Positions 41,574-50,804 of a stretch of DNA of 64,000 bases are shown here, one piece after another (position 1 is the first letter of the stretch; each line of letters opens with the position of its first letter). The notes below the pieces were generated by a model. That model was given only the letters and a program-made list of their open reading frames with translations, was not told where the DNA came from and did no database searches. A program made the translations under genes and the position numbers. This DNA is from Candidatus Latescibacterota bacterium (GTDB taxonomy: Bacteria; Latescibacterota; UBA2968; UBA8231). Location: the NCBI GenBank assembly GCA_965217585.1, contig OZ244561.1, positions 4,416,001 to 4,480,000 of the forward strand, in the 5' to 3' direction.

Positions 41574-42893
41574 TCAATAATCCTCGCAGCTATGGTATCC
41601 AGAGCCGTAGTAGTCGGTGATATAGCTGACACCGTAGCGCCCGTGCACGGGCGGCTTTTCTTCGAACCAATGATCCTCTGGACGACTAGCTCCCACCACT
41701 TCTTCTACCGCCGGGAAGGACTGCTCAAAGCCGCCTGTACCCGTGCTGACCACAGAGCGTATCTCGGCAAATGACACCAGCAAGGGCGGAGCTGCTCCTG
41801 CCTCGTTGTCCTCTTCCCCGGTGAGCAAAACGGTCTCGATCCCCTGGCGCTCGCAGGCCCTGACCGTGAGGGCGGTCTCCAAAAACCGCTGGCCCCGGAA
41901 GTCGGTGGTTACAATGGCTCCCTGGGCCCCCAAACTCTTGGCCAGCAAAGCAGCGCGCTCGGCCGCCATATCCTTCTCCCCCTGGGTGGTCCAATTCGTG
42001 CGCTGCACGATGCAGCCTAGGAAGTTGCAGCTCTCGCCGTGCCGCCGGGCGAGATGGACGACCGTTGGGTTGTTGGACAGATGCCAGCAGGTAGAGCGTC
42101 CAGAACCCATGAAGAGGGCACCGTCCATCACCTCCGTGGGGTAGAGCAACCAGGGCGCCGAGAGCCTCGTCTGCCCGTATACCGAGGTGCCACGCTGGGA
42201 TCGCGGACCCACCTGCCACTCGTTGGACGCCAAATGGGTTATGAAGACAAAGCCGGGGAGGGAGGGATCTGTCGAGGTGAGATCGAATACTTCCAGTTCG
42301 GGCGGCTCCAATCTCGAGGTGGTTTGGGCCAGCCGGTCCACTATCCTCAAGACCGCGGCTTGGACGGCCAGATGGCAGTCTTCCTCCTCGCCCTGGGGAT
42401 TTTCCAGGGTCGCGCAAACTAGGTTGAGTTCATCGTACGGAGGTAGATTTCCCGGGCCGGACATGTCGAGGAATCCGCCGCGGTTTTCCCGCGGAACACC
42501 TGCGCTTGCACTCGGTTCCCGAGCTGCTCGCTCGGAACGCCGGCGCGCACTCGGTTCTAGGGGGCTGGTGTCGGTGCAGAGCGCGACGGCGATCTGGCCC
42601 AGCCGATGGGTCCGCCCCTGCCCCACGGCAGCGGCTGGCCGCCCGCACACTCCGGGGTAAAACATCCCCGGACCCGCCACTTTCAGCTTGGGCTCGTACA
42701 GGTTCTGCATTTTTACGATGCGCACGGATTCGCCGGGCCGCACCAAGTCGATGCTCGCCGAGGGAATGTCACCCCCTTGTAGGGCGAGATCCAGCAACTC
42801 TTGCCTGTTGATCTCTAGCTGCCCGTCGTGCCAGCGGGTCTCCGACCCGAAACGCGCCTCATTGACCGGAAAGGTACCTAGTTCAAGACGCAT
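41574..42893 (-). CDS. Glycine/sarcosine/betaine reductase component B proprotein (GrdE/GrdG/GrdI-like), divergent
   Basis: MRLELGTF.V....FG..T, I.LVRPGESVRI, VGQGRTHRL, LYPTEVMDGA, NNP.V..L...HG...NFLG, LGAQGAIVT; overlaps the GrdB-like gene. Confidence 0.85.
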   Translation of the reverse strand: MRLELGTFPVNEARFGSETRWHDGQLEINRQELLDLALQGGDIPSASIDLVRPGESVRIVKMQNLYEPKLKVAGPGMFYPGVCGRPAAAVGQGRTHRLGQIAVALCTDTSPLEPSARRRSERAAREPSASAGVPRENRGGFLDMSGPGNLPPYDELNLVCATLENPQGEEEDCHLAVQAAVLRIVDRLAQTTSRLEPPELEVFDLTSTDPSLPGFVFITHLASNEWQVGPRSQRGTSVYGQTRLSAPWLLYPTEVMDGALFMGSGRSTCWHLSNNPTVVHLARRHGESCNFLGCIVQRTNWTTQGEKDMAAERAALLAKSLGAQGAIVTTDFRGQRFLETALTVRACERQGIETVLLTGEEDNEAGAAPPLLVSFAEIRSVVSTGTGGFEQSFPAVEEVVGASRPEDHWFEEKPPVHGRYGVSYITDYYGSGYHSCEDY

Positions 42894-44232
42894 GGACTCT
42901 CTCCTCGGCGGACGATGCGTCCGGATCGAATAGGGTGGGGCCGGAGACTTCGGTGCGCAGGGCCTGCAGGGCCGTCTCGACGATCCGGCGCATCAGTCGC
43001 CGATCGTTTTCCTCGTTCAAATTCGGATCGCCGCACACGTGCTCCACGCGCACCCCTCTCACCACTCGGCTCACTTCCACCGACATGGGGATCATGGGAA
43101 TAGCGCTCACCACGACCACGTCAATACCCTCTCGGGCCAGTTCTTTGCTCATCGTCGCCCCGCAACGATTGCAACTGCCTCAGGTGGCCACCAGGAGCGC
43201 CGCCCGTATCTGGGCTCTTTTGAACTCCTCGGCGATCTGCGCTCCCATCTGCTTGGCTTGAGAGACGGCGGTGCCGTTGCCCACCGTGGAGAAAAAGTAC
43301 GGATAAATCGCGCCGATTTCCCCTTCTGCTTCCAATTCCCGCAAAACGGGCAACGGCAGCACATAGCTGGGCTTCTTGGTGTTGAGGATGTGGGGGTTGA
43401 AGCCCCCGTGGACGGATTCCCAGTCCTCTGTACTCAGCGCCTTCTGCCCTTCGATAGAGTAGCGAAAAGCCTGCTGAGCGAATCCGGAGACCTGTCCGTC
43501 GGGATTGCCCCGGGGCACCAAACCACCGCTGGTGACCAGACCCAGAGTTACCTGTCCAAGATCCTCTACGGGCGGCGGCGGCGGCACGGTTTCGTACTGC
43601 TGAAGCAGTACTTCCGATGGATAAGGTCGCCCGTGCACGCGGGCCTCCAGCATGTCGATGGCCCGCTCCCAACCAGGCTGTTGACGCACGACGGATTTCC
43701 GGAGGCCCGTGGGCAAATAGCCCTCCTTGGCCGCAGGGCCGAGTTCCTCGCCGCGAGCCAGCTTTGCGCCTAGTTCGATCATGCGGGTGAGGATAGCCTG
43801 CATCTCCGTCGCCCGAGTGCCCGTAGGTACGCACACCAGCTCTCGCCGGAAGGTAGTGTACCCCGGGTTCTCGGGGTACATGCCGGTGACGGCCGGTACG
43901 CCCGCCTCTTTAGCCACGGCGCACATCTGGGCACACGCCACTCCGTAGCGCCCCGCGTCAAAGGCCGGGCCGGCGAGTACCAGATCAGGGGCGTAGTGTT
44001 CGAGGGCTTGGCGGGCGGCAACCGCAGCTTGCTCTCCCTCTTCGACGAAATAATTGTCGCCGCAGACAAACGTGGCCACTACGGTCCCTTGGTCGCCCAA
44101 CATCTGCTGGACAGCGCGGCCCGGCCCTACGGCCCCTTCCTCGACCTGCAGGGGGATATTGGCGTGCTCCTCAGCGCCGATGCCCCCGAAAAACTGATTC
44201 AGATAGTGGACTACCCGCAGCGTTTCGACCAT
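42883..44232 (-). CDS. Glycine/betaine/sarcosine reductase selenoprotein B (Sec at UGA 43180-43182); 449 aa
   Basis: RVVHYLNQFFGGIG, CGDNYF, GPAFDAGRYG, LVTSGGLVP.GNPD, SVHGGF, TVGNGT. Track ORFs 43180-44232 and 42883-43152 are in frame and join as VAT-U-GSCNRCGATM (UxxC motif). Confidence 0.93.
43151..43169 (-). promoter_or_regulatory. SECIS-like hairpin of the GrdB-like gene
   Basis: mRNA reads UGA + 10 nt + AUCGUUGC-GGG-GCGACGAU (8-bp stem with one G-U pair, G-rich loop). Confidence 0.7.
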
Positions 44233-44254
44233 GAGTTCACCCCCAAATTCCGCC

Positions 44255-44725
44255 TTAAAGAGTAGTGTTTCGTTGACGCACTTCCCGCACGGCTTCCACG
44301 ATGGCTTCGGCCTCGTCCATGACCATCTCGGCCACGCCTACCTCGGCCTCGTACACCGCGCTGTCCACGACAGCTTTGATCTCGGGCTCTATAATGTGGT
44401 AGACCGGAAGTCCAAGAGCTTGACCGGCTAGGGCACCCGCCCAAGTCGGATCCCCTTCGGTCATGGTCAGGGCGTACAGCTTGCTGCTGTCTGCGGTCGG
44501 CGTGCCCAAAATGACGACGACATCGTCGCTGCCCGTGCGCTCGACGGTCCGTTTGATTTCCTCTTGACCTTCCAGGTCAACGCCGCCTGCGGCCGTTCAC
44601 ACAAAGCAATAGGTCACCTCCAGGACCACTTCAGCACCGGCGCTGCGGACGCAGTTTGCTATGCTCGTACCCGGCACCCCGTCCCGCTCGCCTAAGACGA
44701 TCGCTTTTTTCCCTTGCAGTTCCAT
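44255..44725 (-). CDS. grdA: Reductase selenoprotein A (Sec at UGA 44597-44599); 156 aa
   Basis: Manual translation: [54 protein letters not shown]...GDPTWAGALAG..LGLPVYHI.EPE. CxxU motif; AGGAG RBS. Confidence 0.95.
44564..44580 (-). promoter_or_regulatory. SECIS-like hairpin of grdA
   Basis: mRNA reads UGA + 16 nt + UUGACCU-GGA-AGGUCAA (perfect 7-bp stem). Confidence 0.75.
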
Positions 44726-44729
44726 CTGC

Positions 44730-46187
44730 TCAACTCCTGTTGGGGTTATTTTCAACGATAAAAGACACGCCATCGGACATCTGCGTCATTCGGCCTAGGA
44801 ACAGGCTGCCCTTGGCGAGGAACATGGCCCTTTGCATCGTGCCATCTCTCATGCGATCCAGCGCATGGCCTAGGTAGGGAATGCCGGAGGCAATATGCCC
44901 TTGGGTGGGCGAAAAACCGAGCATCCCGTGCTTCTGGATGAAAGCCGGCATTTCCGACCGGTCAATCTCTTTGTCGAGGACCGCCAAGGCGGCAATCACT
45001 TGGTAATTCCTCCTGGGAACATCACCGCTGCCCGCAGGCTCTGTGGCCTCGGGATTGTGCAACTCGGTAGCGTACTTATCCACGTCCCTGAACCGCAAGC
45101 CCAGCCTAGCCAGAGGTCGGGAGACCAACTCCTCAAAGACGGCCTGCTGGGAAGAACCAGCCCCTACACTGTGCCGCCCTACCGAGTCCAGCCGCAATAC
45201 CGGACTGAGGCCGTCGTCCGGGCCCACCAGTACTGCTACCGCAGCCAACACATCCTCTATGATGGGGTAGTCGCAGCGCAGATGGCCTTGGAACTTCATC
45301 CCTAGCTTGGCCAGGGAGGATCCGCCGACCACGACGACTTCATCGAACACGCCTGAACTCACCAGCGCCCCGGCCATCACCAAGGCGTGCGCCGGCCCGC
45401 AGCAGAAGGCCTTGACGTCGGATCCAGTCGCATTGCTCAGACCGCACATCTCTCCGACGGCTTTGGCCAGATTCCCTCCCCCTCGCTGGTAGCGTTCCCC
45501 GACGGCTTCCTCACCGCTATTGATGATATAGTCGACCGCGGTCGGATTGAGTTGGGTGTCGCTCAACAGCGTCCGCAGCGCCATAGCAGCCGTGACTTTG
45601 CACGTCAAGTTTTCGAGCAACACGTCCGCTGCCAGCGTGGCATCTTCTTCGTGGGCGCGATGTATGCATCCGACCAGACGCCCATTTTTGAGCAAGAGAG
45701 GCAGCGCCGCTTGCAGATCGGCCACGCTATTCTCGATTGCCGCATAGGGCTGGCCGTCGTCGAGTCGCTCCAATTCGGAGTTGTGTACCAAGCTATGGCC
45801 GGCTAGGGTTTTTCTAACTTCCCCGGCAAATTTCTCTTCCAGCCAGACCAAGTCAAACGCATCGGCTATCTTGAGGAGCCCATAGAGGGTCTCTTCCGGC
45901 ATGATCTCGCCGTGGGGATAGCGCCGCTGCCAGGGGCTGGTCCCCGCGAACCAGGGCCGCTCGCGGGTGGCGAGTTCGTCGGGCGCAAACCGACCCAGAA
46001 AAACCTGATTGGGTGCATAGGCCGCGGCTTCCGAATACGAGCGGAGATGCGGGGCAATTTGGTCCCAAAGCTCCGGGGTTTTCAGGAGTTCGCGGCGAGG
46101 TTTGGAACCATAACGCACCAATCCGGGGGCATGCGCGAGGAAGTACCTAGCGCTCTTGATCACTGGTTGGACGACGTTCGGCTTCAT
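44730..46187 (-). CDS. grdC: Glycine/sarcosine/betaine reductase component C, beta subunit
   Basis: AHEEDATLAADVLLENL, EEAVGERYQRGGGNLAKAVGE, ATGSDVKAFCCGP, KLGMK, DKYATELHNPE, GFSPTQGHIASG, KGSLFLGRMTQMSDGVSF. Confidence 0.93.
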   Translation of the reverse strand: MKPNVVQPVIKSARYFLAHAPGLVRYGSKPRRELLKTPELWDQIAPHLRSYSEAAAYAPNQVFLGRFAPDELATRERPWFAGTSPWQRRYPHGEIMPEETLYGLLKIADAFDLVWLEEKFAGEVRKTLAGHSLVHNSELERLDDGQPYAAIENSVADLQAALPLLLKNGRLVGCIHRAHEEDATLAADVLLENLTCKVTAAMALRTLLSDTQLNPTAVDYIINSGEEAVGERYQRGGGNLAKAVGEMCGLSNATGSDVKAFCCGPAHALVMAGALVSSGVFDEVVVVGGSSLAKLGMKFQGHLRCDYPIIEDVLAAVAVLVGPDDGLSPVLRLDSVGRHSVGAGSSQQAVFEELVSRPLARLGLRFRDVDKYATELHNPEATEPAGSGDVPRRNYQVIAALAVLDKEIDRSEMPAFIQKHGMLGFSPTQGHIASGIPYLGHALDRMRDGTMQRAMFLAKGSLFLGRMTQMSDGVSFIVENNPNRS

Positions 46188-47680
46188 CGCGTATTGCCAG
46201 CGTTCAGCCCGGCCAGATGCTCGTCGAACCACTTGATCTCCCCGGCGTAGACCGTGCGCAACGAGTCGATATAGACTTCAAAAGCCCGCTTCGCATGCTG
46301 CAACTTGACTCGACGACGGACGTGCTTCCGCACCTTTGCAAAGGGGATCCGATGCGGTTCAATGGGTTCGTCCAGCCTAAATACGGCAAACTTGCCGTCC
46401 AGTTCCACCGGCCCTTGGATTTGCCCGACTTGCTGTCGCTCTCTGCGCTGGAACAGTCTGTAATAGGGCGAACTCTGGAGGGCATAAAGGACCACATGTC
46501 CATCTCGATCGACGTGCATATGCCCGTGTGCGTCCTCAGTCCTCGGACGCACCGAGTGCTTGCGAGCTAGATCTTCTAGGCTTTGTCCCGCCTCTGCGGC
46601 CTGGCGGATCTCCATAGCTTCCTCCCGGGTATTGAGCAGGATCTCGGTCAAGTAGACCGTTCCAGGTACGCTGTACCCGTCTATATGTACCTCGTAGTGC
46701 TGCCGCACTTCCGCCTCGGAAGGAGGAGGAAGCAGATCGATCACTGCTCGCCGACGCAGTTGTCTGATCAGCAATTCTTCGTATTTGGCTTCCTGCCAGG
46801 CCAAAAACTCGGCGTTCAAATCGAACCCTTGTCGGCGGGCCTCTCGCAGCAGTAGGGTATCGGACAGGGCCTTGGGATCGCTAGCAACGGCTTGAGACAG
46901 ACTATCCGTCCTCTTGAGTTCCTCGAGGTACTCGAGGCGCCGGGCCGCCCATTTGCGCTGGCGCACGTTCGTGGTCAATCGCTCCTTTAGCCGGTCGAAG
47001 GGAACTCTATAGCGATCGAGAATCGTCAGCACTTCGTACCCCTCTACTGTGCGGATGGGCGCGCTGAAGCCCCCCACAGGCAGATCGAAAATCACCTCCC
47101 GCAGCACTGGGGCCACGTCCTTCGGGCCGAAGAAGTGCCCCAAGTCTCCTCCCTTTTCCGTCGCGCCCTTCAGCGAGCGAGCCGTTGCCAACGCGGCGAA
47201 ATCCGCCCCCTGCTCCAGTTCGCGGACGACTTTTCGGGCCTCTTCCTCGGTGGCGCAGAGAATGCGGGCGGGCCGAACCATCCAGCCCAGGTCGGCCTCT
47301 TGATACTCCTGGAGCAGTTCTTCTTCGGCCACTTCAACCTGCCGGGTGATATATTCGGCTGTAACTTGGTCAATCAGTTTTTTATTGGCGAGTTGCTCCA
47401 GTTCCGCTTTCGGCTCGTACCCCCTGTTGCCGGCTTCGAGCAGCATTAGCTGACGGTCCACCAGGCTCTGGAGATGCTCGCGCTGGGCCGCCGCTCCAGA
47501 GGCGGCTGCACGAAATGCCGTGGGTAGATCCCATTCGTACTGCCGCAATGCCCCTGCGGTGATCACCTCGTCGCCGACCTGTACCAGCGGCGGGTCCGTC
47601 GCGGTCTGCGGCTGAGGCCCACAACTCCCGAGCAGGGACAGGCCCGCTGCGGCCAGCAACCAAGCCCAGCAAGGCGACAT
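46184..47680 (-). CDS. Parvulin/SurA-type peptidyl-prolyl isomerase lipoprotein (two PpiC-like domains)
   Basis: Lipobox LGSC; GADFAALA..RS....KGGDLG.F, GGFSAPIRT..GY, second domain SLEDLARKHS...GQIQGPV. Confidence 0.88.
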   Translation of the reverse strand: MSPCWAWLLAAAGLSLLGSCGPQPQTATDPPLVQVGDEVITAGALRQYEWDLPTAFRAAASGAAAQREHLQSLVDRQLMLLEAGNRGYEPKAELEQLANKKLIDQVTAEYITRQVEVAEEELLQEYQEADLGWMVRPARILCATEEEARKVVRELEQGADFAALATARSLKGATEKGGDLGHFFGPKDVAPVLREVIFDLPVGGFSAPIRTVEGYEVLTILDRYRVPFDRLKERLTTNVRQRKWAARRLEYLEELKRTDSLSQAVASDPKALSDTLLLREARRQGFDLNAEFLAWQEAKYEELLIRQLRRRAVIDLLPPPSEAEVRQHYEVHIDGYSVPGTVYLTEILLNTREEAMEIRQAAEAGQSLEDLARKHSVRPRTEDAHGHMHVDRDGHVVLYALQSSPYYRLFQRRERQQVGQIQGPVELDGKFAVFRLDEPIEPHRIPFAKVRKHVRRRVKLQHAKRAFEVYIDSLRTVYAGEIKWFDEHLAGLNAGNTR

Positions 47681-47733
47681 GCGTCGTTCTCCACGGCAAT
47701 TCACGACAGTAGACTCCCGCTCATCCGGTCTCC

Positions 47734-48516
47734 CTACTTCCGGGCCAACTCAATACGCCCGTCTGGATACTCCCGTCCGATGTCCCGCTCAAATCGGGAG
47801 GTGACGTCAATCATCTCAATGGGTTGGTCCCTAAAATCGAAGCGCACGGCGATATCGGGAATGTGGACGGTCAGCTTGGCGACATCAGGAGCCAGAGTTT
47901 TGAAGACGACATATCCTTCGCGCTCTTGGCCACTGAAGATCATCTCGCCGGCGAACAAGGTGCGCCTGAGGATGCCCTGGCGCTCCTGCCAGATTTGATA
48001 CTCCCCGCCCCGACGCATACCCCGACTTCTATCCCCGCTATTCCCTGCTCCACCACCCGACCCCCCGAGGGAAAAGCTCCGGTAGTAAATTTTGAGCTGG
48101 GCAAAACTAAGCGCGGAGTACTTGCGGCCGTTGTCGGTCTCAATGTAGAGGCCAGTGGGGTCTATGTGGACTTTGGGATAGGCGTAATTTTTCACGCTCA
48201 ATCGGAATACCGTAAAGCGGCTGGGAGTCCGGTTCGTCCTGAAGATCTTTGTCTGGCCGTAGGTATAGGGGTTGGTCTCCTGCTCTGTAGCCACACTGAA
48301 CTGGCGGTTCAATTCCTCGTCGTTCATGGGGCGCAATTGGATTTCCAGCCGTCCCGCAGTGAAAATGACGGAGCCGTCGTCCGTGACCCTCTTGCCCTCG
48401 CCCTGAACTGCTTCGTCCATCGGCCGCAGATTGCCGGCATAATAGTGATAGGCGCAACTCGCGGTCAAGCCGATTGACCCCAGCGCCAGCAAAAGGACGC
48501 AGTGTACTCTATGCAT
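47734..48516 (-). CDS. Hypothetical lipoprotein
   Basis: Lipobox LTASC; co-oriented within the module. Confidence 0.8.
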   Translation of the reverse strand: MHRVHCVLLLALGSIGLTASCAYHYYAGNLRPMDEAVQGEGKRVTDDGSVIFTAGRLEIQLRPMNDEELNRQFSVATEQETNPYTYGQTKIFRTNRTPSRFTVFRLSVKNYAYPKVHIDPTGLYIETDNGRKYSALSFAQLKIYYRSFSLGGSGGGAGNSGDRSRGMRRGGEYQIWQERQGILRRTLFAGEMIFSGQEREGYVVFKTLAPDVAKLTVHIPDIAVRFDFRDQPIEMIDVTSRFERDIGREYPDGRIELARK

Positions 48517-48559
48517 ACCAGATTATCCTATTCAGGGTTTGAGCGCGCCCGGGAGTATC

Positions 48560-50767
48560 TCAATAGAGCATGGCCAAGGTTCCGGTCTGCCTTTTGAGTT
48601 TGTCGTCCGCATCCGCTCTTACGCGATATAGGTAGATTCCGGGGGGCAGTATCCACCCCCTGTCGTCCCGACCGTCCCAGCGCAACTCGACCACACCAGC
48701 CCCGTGCCGCCCGCGTCCGAGGCTGCGCACCCGACGCCCCGACAGATCGTACAGATCGACGGTGAGTTCTATGGGCTCGGAGACCAGAAAGAGGTTGACG
48801 GTGATTAGGGCCTCATCGTTGATCCCGTCGCCGTTGGGCGTGAAGGGATTGGGTGCCACTAGGGGCCTACTGATGAGGCCCCCTAAATTTTCTGCCACTA
48901 CGGTGAAGACGTCCGTACTCAATTCGGGACTGGCATCCCCAGGTTCCGTGGACTGGGGGATGACTTGTCCTTCCTTTTCGGCGTCGTTCCACACCGCACT
49001 GGTGAACTGCCACGAGCCACTGAAGAGGGTTGAGGTGAAGACGATCTCAATATTCCGCTCCTGTCCCGGCGGAAAATCGGCCGCGTCGAGGGGCGGCAGC
49101 TTCACCAACAGCTTGCTGGCACTGCGGACCGAGTCGAGGACAATGGTCTGGGCGAACTGTCCCAGTGAATCAAGTCCGCCGGGCTCTGGAGGCAGCCGCT
49201 GCGGCTCCACTCCCTCGGTGGCCGCCACTGGTATCTCTACCCAGGGCTGGTCGTCCACCTTGAGCGTCTGGATCCTAGTGTCCGGGCTGGGCACGGCGAT
49301 CTCAATGCGGTTGAAGCCCCTTTGGTCGTTTGGGTCAAAGAAGGGTTTGAGAAAATAGCGGAACGTGGTCTCCTCGCCCAAGAGCGCCTGGGGAGGAAAG
49401 ACTTCGCCGCGGACTCCTTGGCCGACTACGGGGACATCGTATTCGAACTCGAGGTAGTCGAAGAGCACCGCGCTGTGCTGCAAACTGTCGAAGAAGATGC
49501 GAAATTGCAGATAGCGGGTTTGACTGGGCAAGGGCAGGAGGATGCCGCTCTCCTCTGCCGGCCGCGTCTCATCAATCAAACCGTCCTCGTAGCGGAGCGA
49601 CGCCGACCAGAAACTCCAGCCCCTGGGACCATCGGTCCCCACAGGGGCACCCAGCTCGTTGTAGGGTAGGTTGTGCTCTGGCACCCGCATCAGCGAGTTG
49701 AGATTCGCCCAACTGAACGCGTCTAGGGTACGGCCGTTTTCGTCCCGCACATCGACCACGTCCTTCCCCACTCGCCGCTGGTAAATATGGGTATCCAAGG
49801 AGTTTCCGGCGCGAAACTGAATGCGCACGTCCCCTCCCTCCCCTAGGCGGCGGGCTTTCCAGCGCACCTTTCCCCAGGTGACCGAATTGTCCTCCTGGTC
49901 GGAGAACTGGCTCTCTACTTCTGTCCGGTCTCCTAGCTTGTACCGATCCCACTGCTGGGCATAGCGCCGCACGCCGGGTGGATTCACCCCCAAGTCGATT
50001 ATCTCCGAAGCATAGAAACCATCCGTGGGATACCCATCTCCGTAAATTTCCACCTCGGCGATCTCCCAGTACTCGCCGGGTGGATGTCGGGAGAGAATAT
50101 CCACCATCCCCATCAGCAGTGGTTGATCCAGAGATATATCTTTGATTACGGGTATTTGCTGGCCGACTTGGGGAGGGATCACAAAGGGATAGACACTCAG
50201 CCTGTTGTTGCTGATATTCGCGGCATTCCCGTAGCGCACCCAGTAATCCCGCATGGTGGCCTCAGGCACGCTAGGGCGCGGCTGGAAAACGATCCGATGG
50301 ATGTAGTAGTAGCCCTGAAAGCGGAGGTCGAAGCGGGCATTGGCGTCTCGGGTGGTGAGACCGTAGGCCGTGAACAGATCGCCGTCGGCCATCTTGGCCC
50401 TGTTTTCTTTGGTCCCCCCGTAGGCCGTGGTATTGAAGGGATCGGCCACTTCTATGCGGACTCCCGCCTCGCTGGGGACAATGGCGATATCTGTACCGTA
50501 CTCACCCCTTTGGGCCCGTTCGGCAAGCAAGGCGACCAAGTTCAAAGTGCTGTCTAGGCGGACGGGACTGAGCCAGGTGCTACCGTCCCCGTCTTGGAGG
50601 ATTTCCAAGGCCCAACCCCGGCCCCACCTAGTGATCCCGCTCACCGGGACCAGTTGCCAAGGATGCGTCTCGTCCCCCACTCGCCACTTTTCGACCTCTG
50701 CTGAGAGCGCGCCTGCGCCCACTAGGGACAGCGCGCCCCAGATCAGCAGGCTCTTCTGTCTACTCAT
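48560..50767 (-). CDS. Secreted protein of the paralog family with type-B-CTD/FlgD-Ig-like tail
   Basis: Signal peptide MSRQKSLLIWGALSLVGAGALSA; WEIAEVEIYGDGY, WGKVRW, WSFWS, GFNRIEI, NPFTPNGDGIND...WDGRDDRG..LPPGIYLYRV. Confidence 0.87.
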   Translation of the reverse strand: MSRQKSLLIWGALSLVGAGALSAEVEKWRVGDETHPWQLVPVSGITRWGRGWALEILQDGDGSTWLSPVRLDSTLNLVALLAERAQRGEYGTDIAIVPSEAGVRIEVADPFNTTAYGGTKENRAKMADGDLFTAYGLTTRDANARFDLRFQGYYYIHRIVFQPRPSVPEATMRDYWVRYGNAANISNNRLSVYPFVIPPQVGQQIPVIKDISLDQPLLMGMVDILSRHPPGEYWEIAEVEIYGDGYPTDGFYASEIIDLGVNPPGVRRYAQQWDRYKLGDRTEVESQFSDQEDNSVTWGKVRWKARRLGEGGDVRIQFRAGNSLDTHIYQRRVGKDVVDVRDENGRTLDAFSWANLNSLMRVPEHNLPYNELGAPVGTDGPRGWSFWSASLRYEDGLIDETRPAEESGILLPLPSQTRYLQFRIFFDSLQHSAVLFDYLEFEYDVPVVGQGVRGEVFPPQALLGEETTFRYFLKPFFDPNDQRGFNRIEIAVPSPDTRIQTLKVDDQPWVEIPVAATEGVEPQRLPPEPGGLDSLGQFAQTIVLDSVRSASKLLVKLPPLDAADFPPGQERNIEIVFTSTLFSGSWQFTSAVWNDAEKEGQVIPQSTEPGDASPELSTDVFTVVAENLGGLISRPLVAPNPFTPNGDGINDEALITVNLFLVSEPIELTVDLYDLSGRRVRSLGRGRHGAGVVELRWDGRDDRGWILPPGIYLYRVRADADDKLKRQTGTLAMLY

Positions 50768-50804
50768 GATCGATACTGTCTCCAAGTTCTGCCGAGAAGC
50801 GAAC

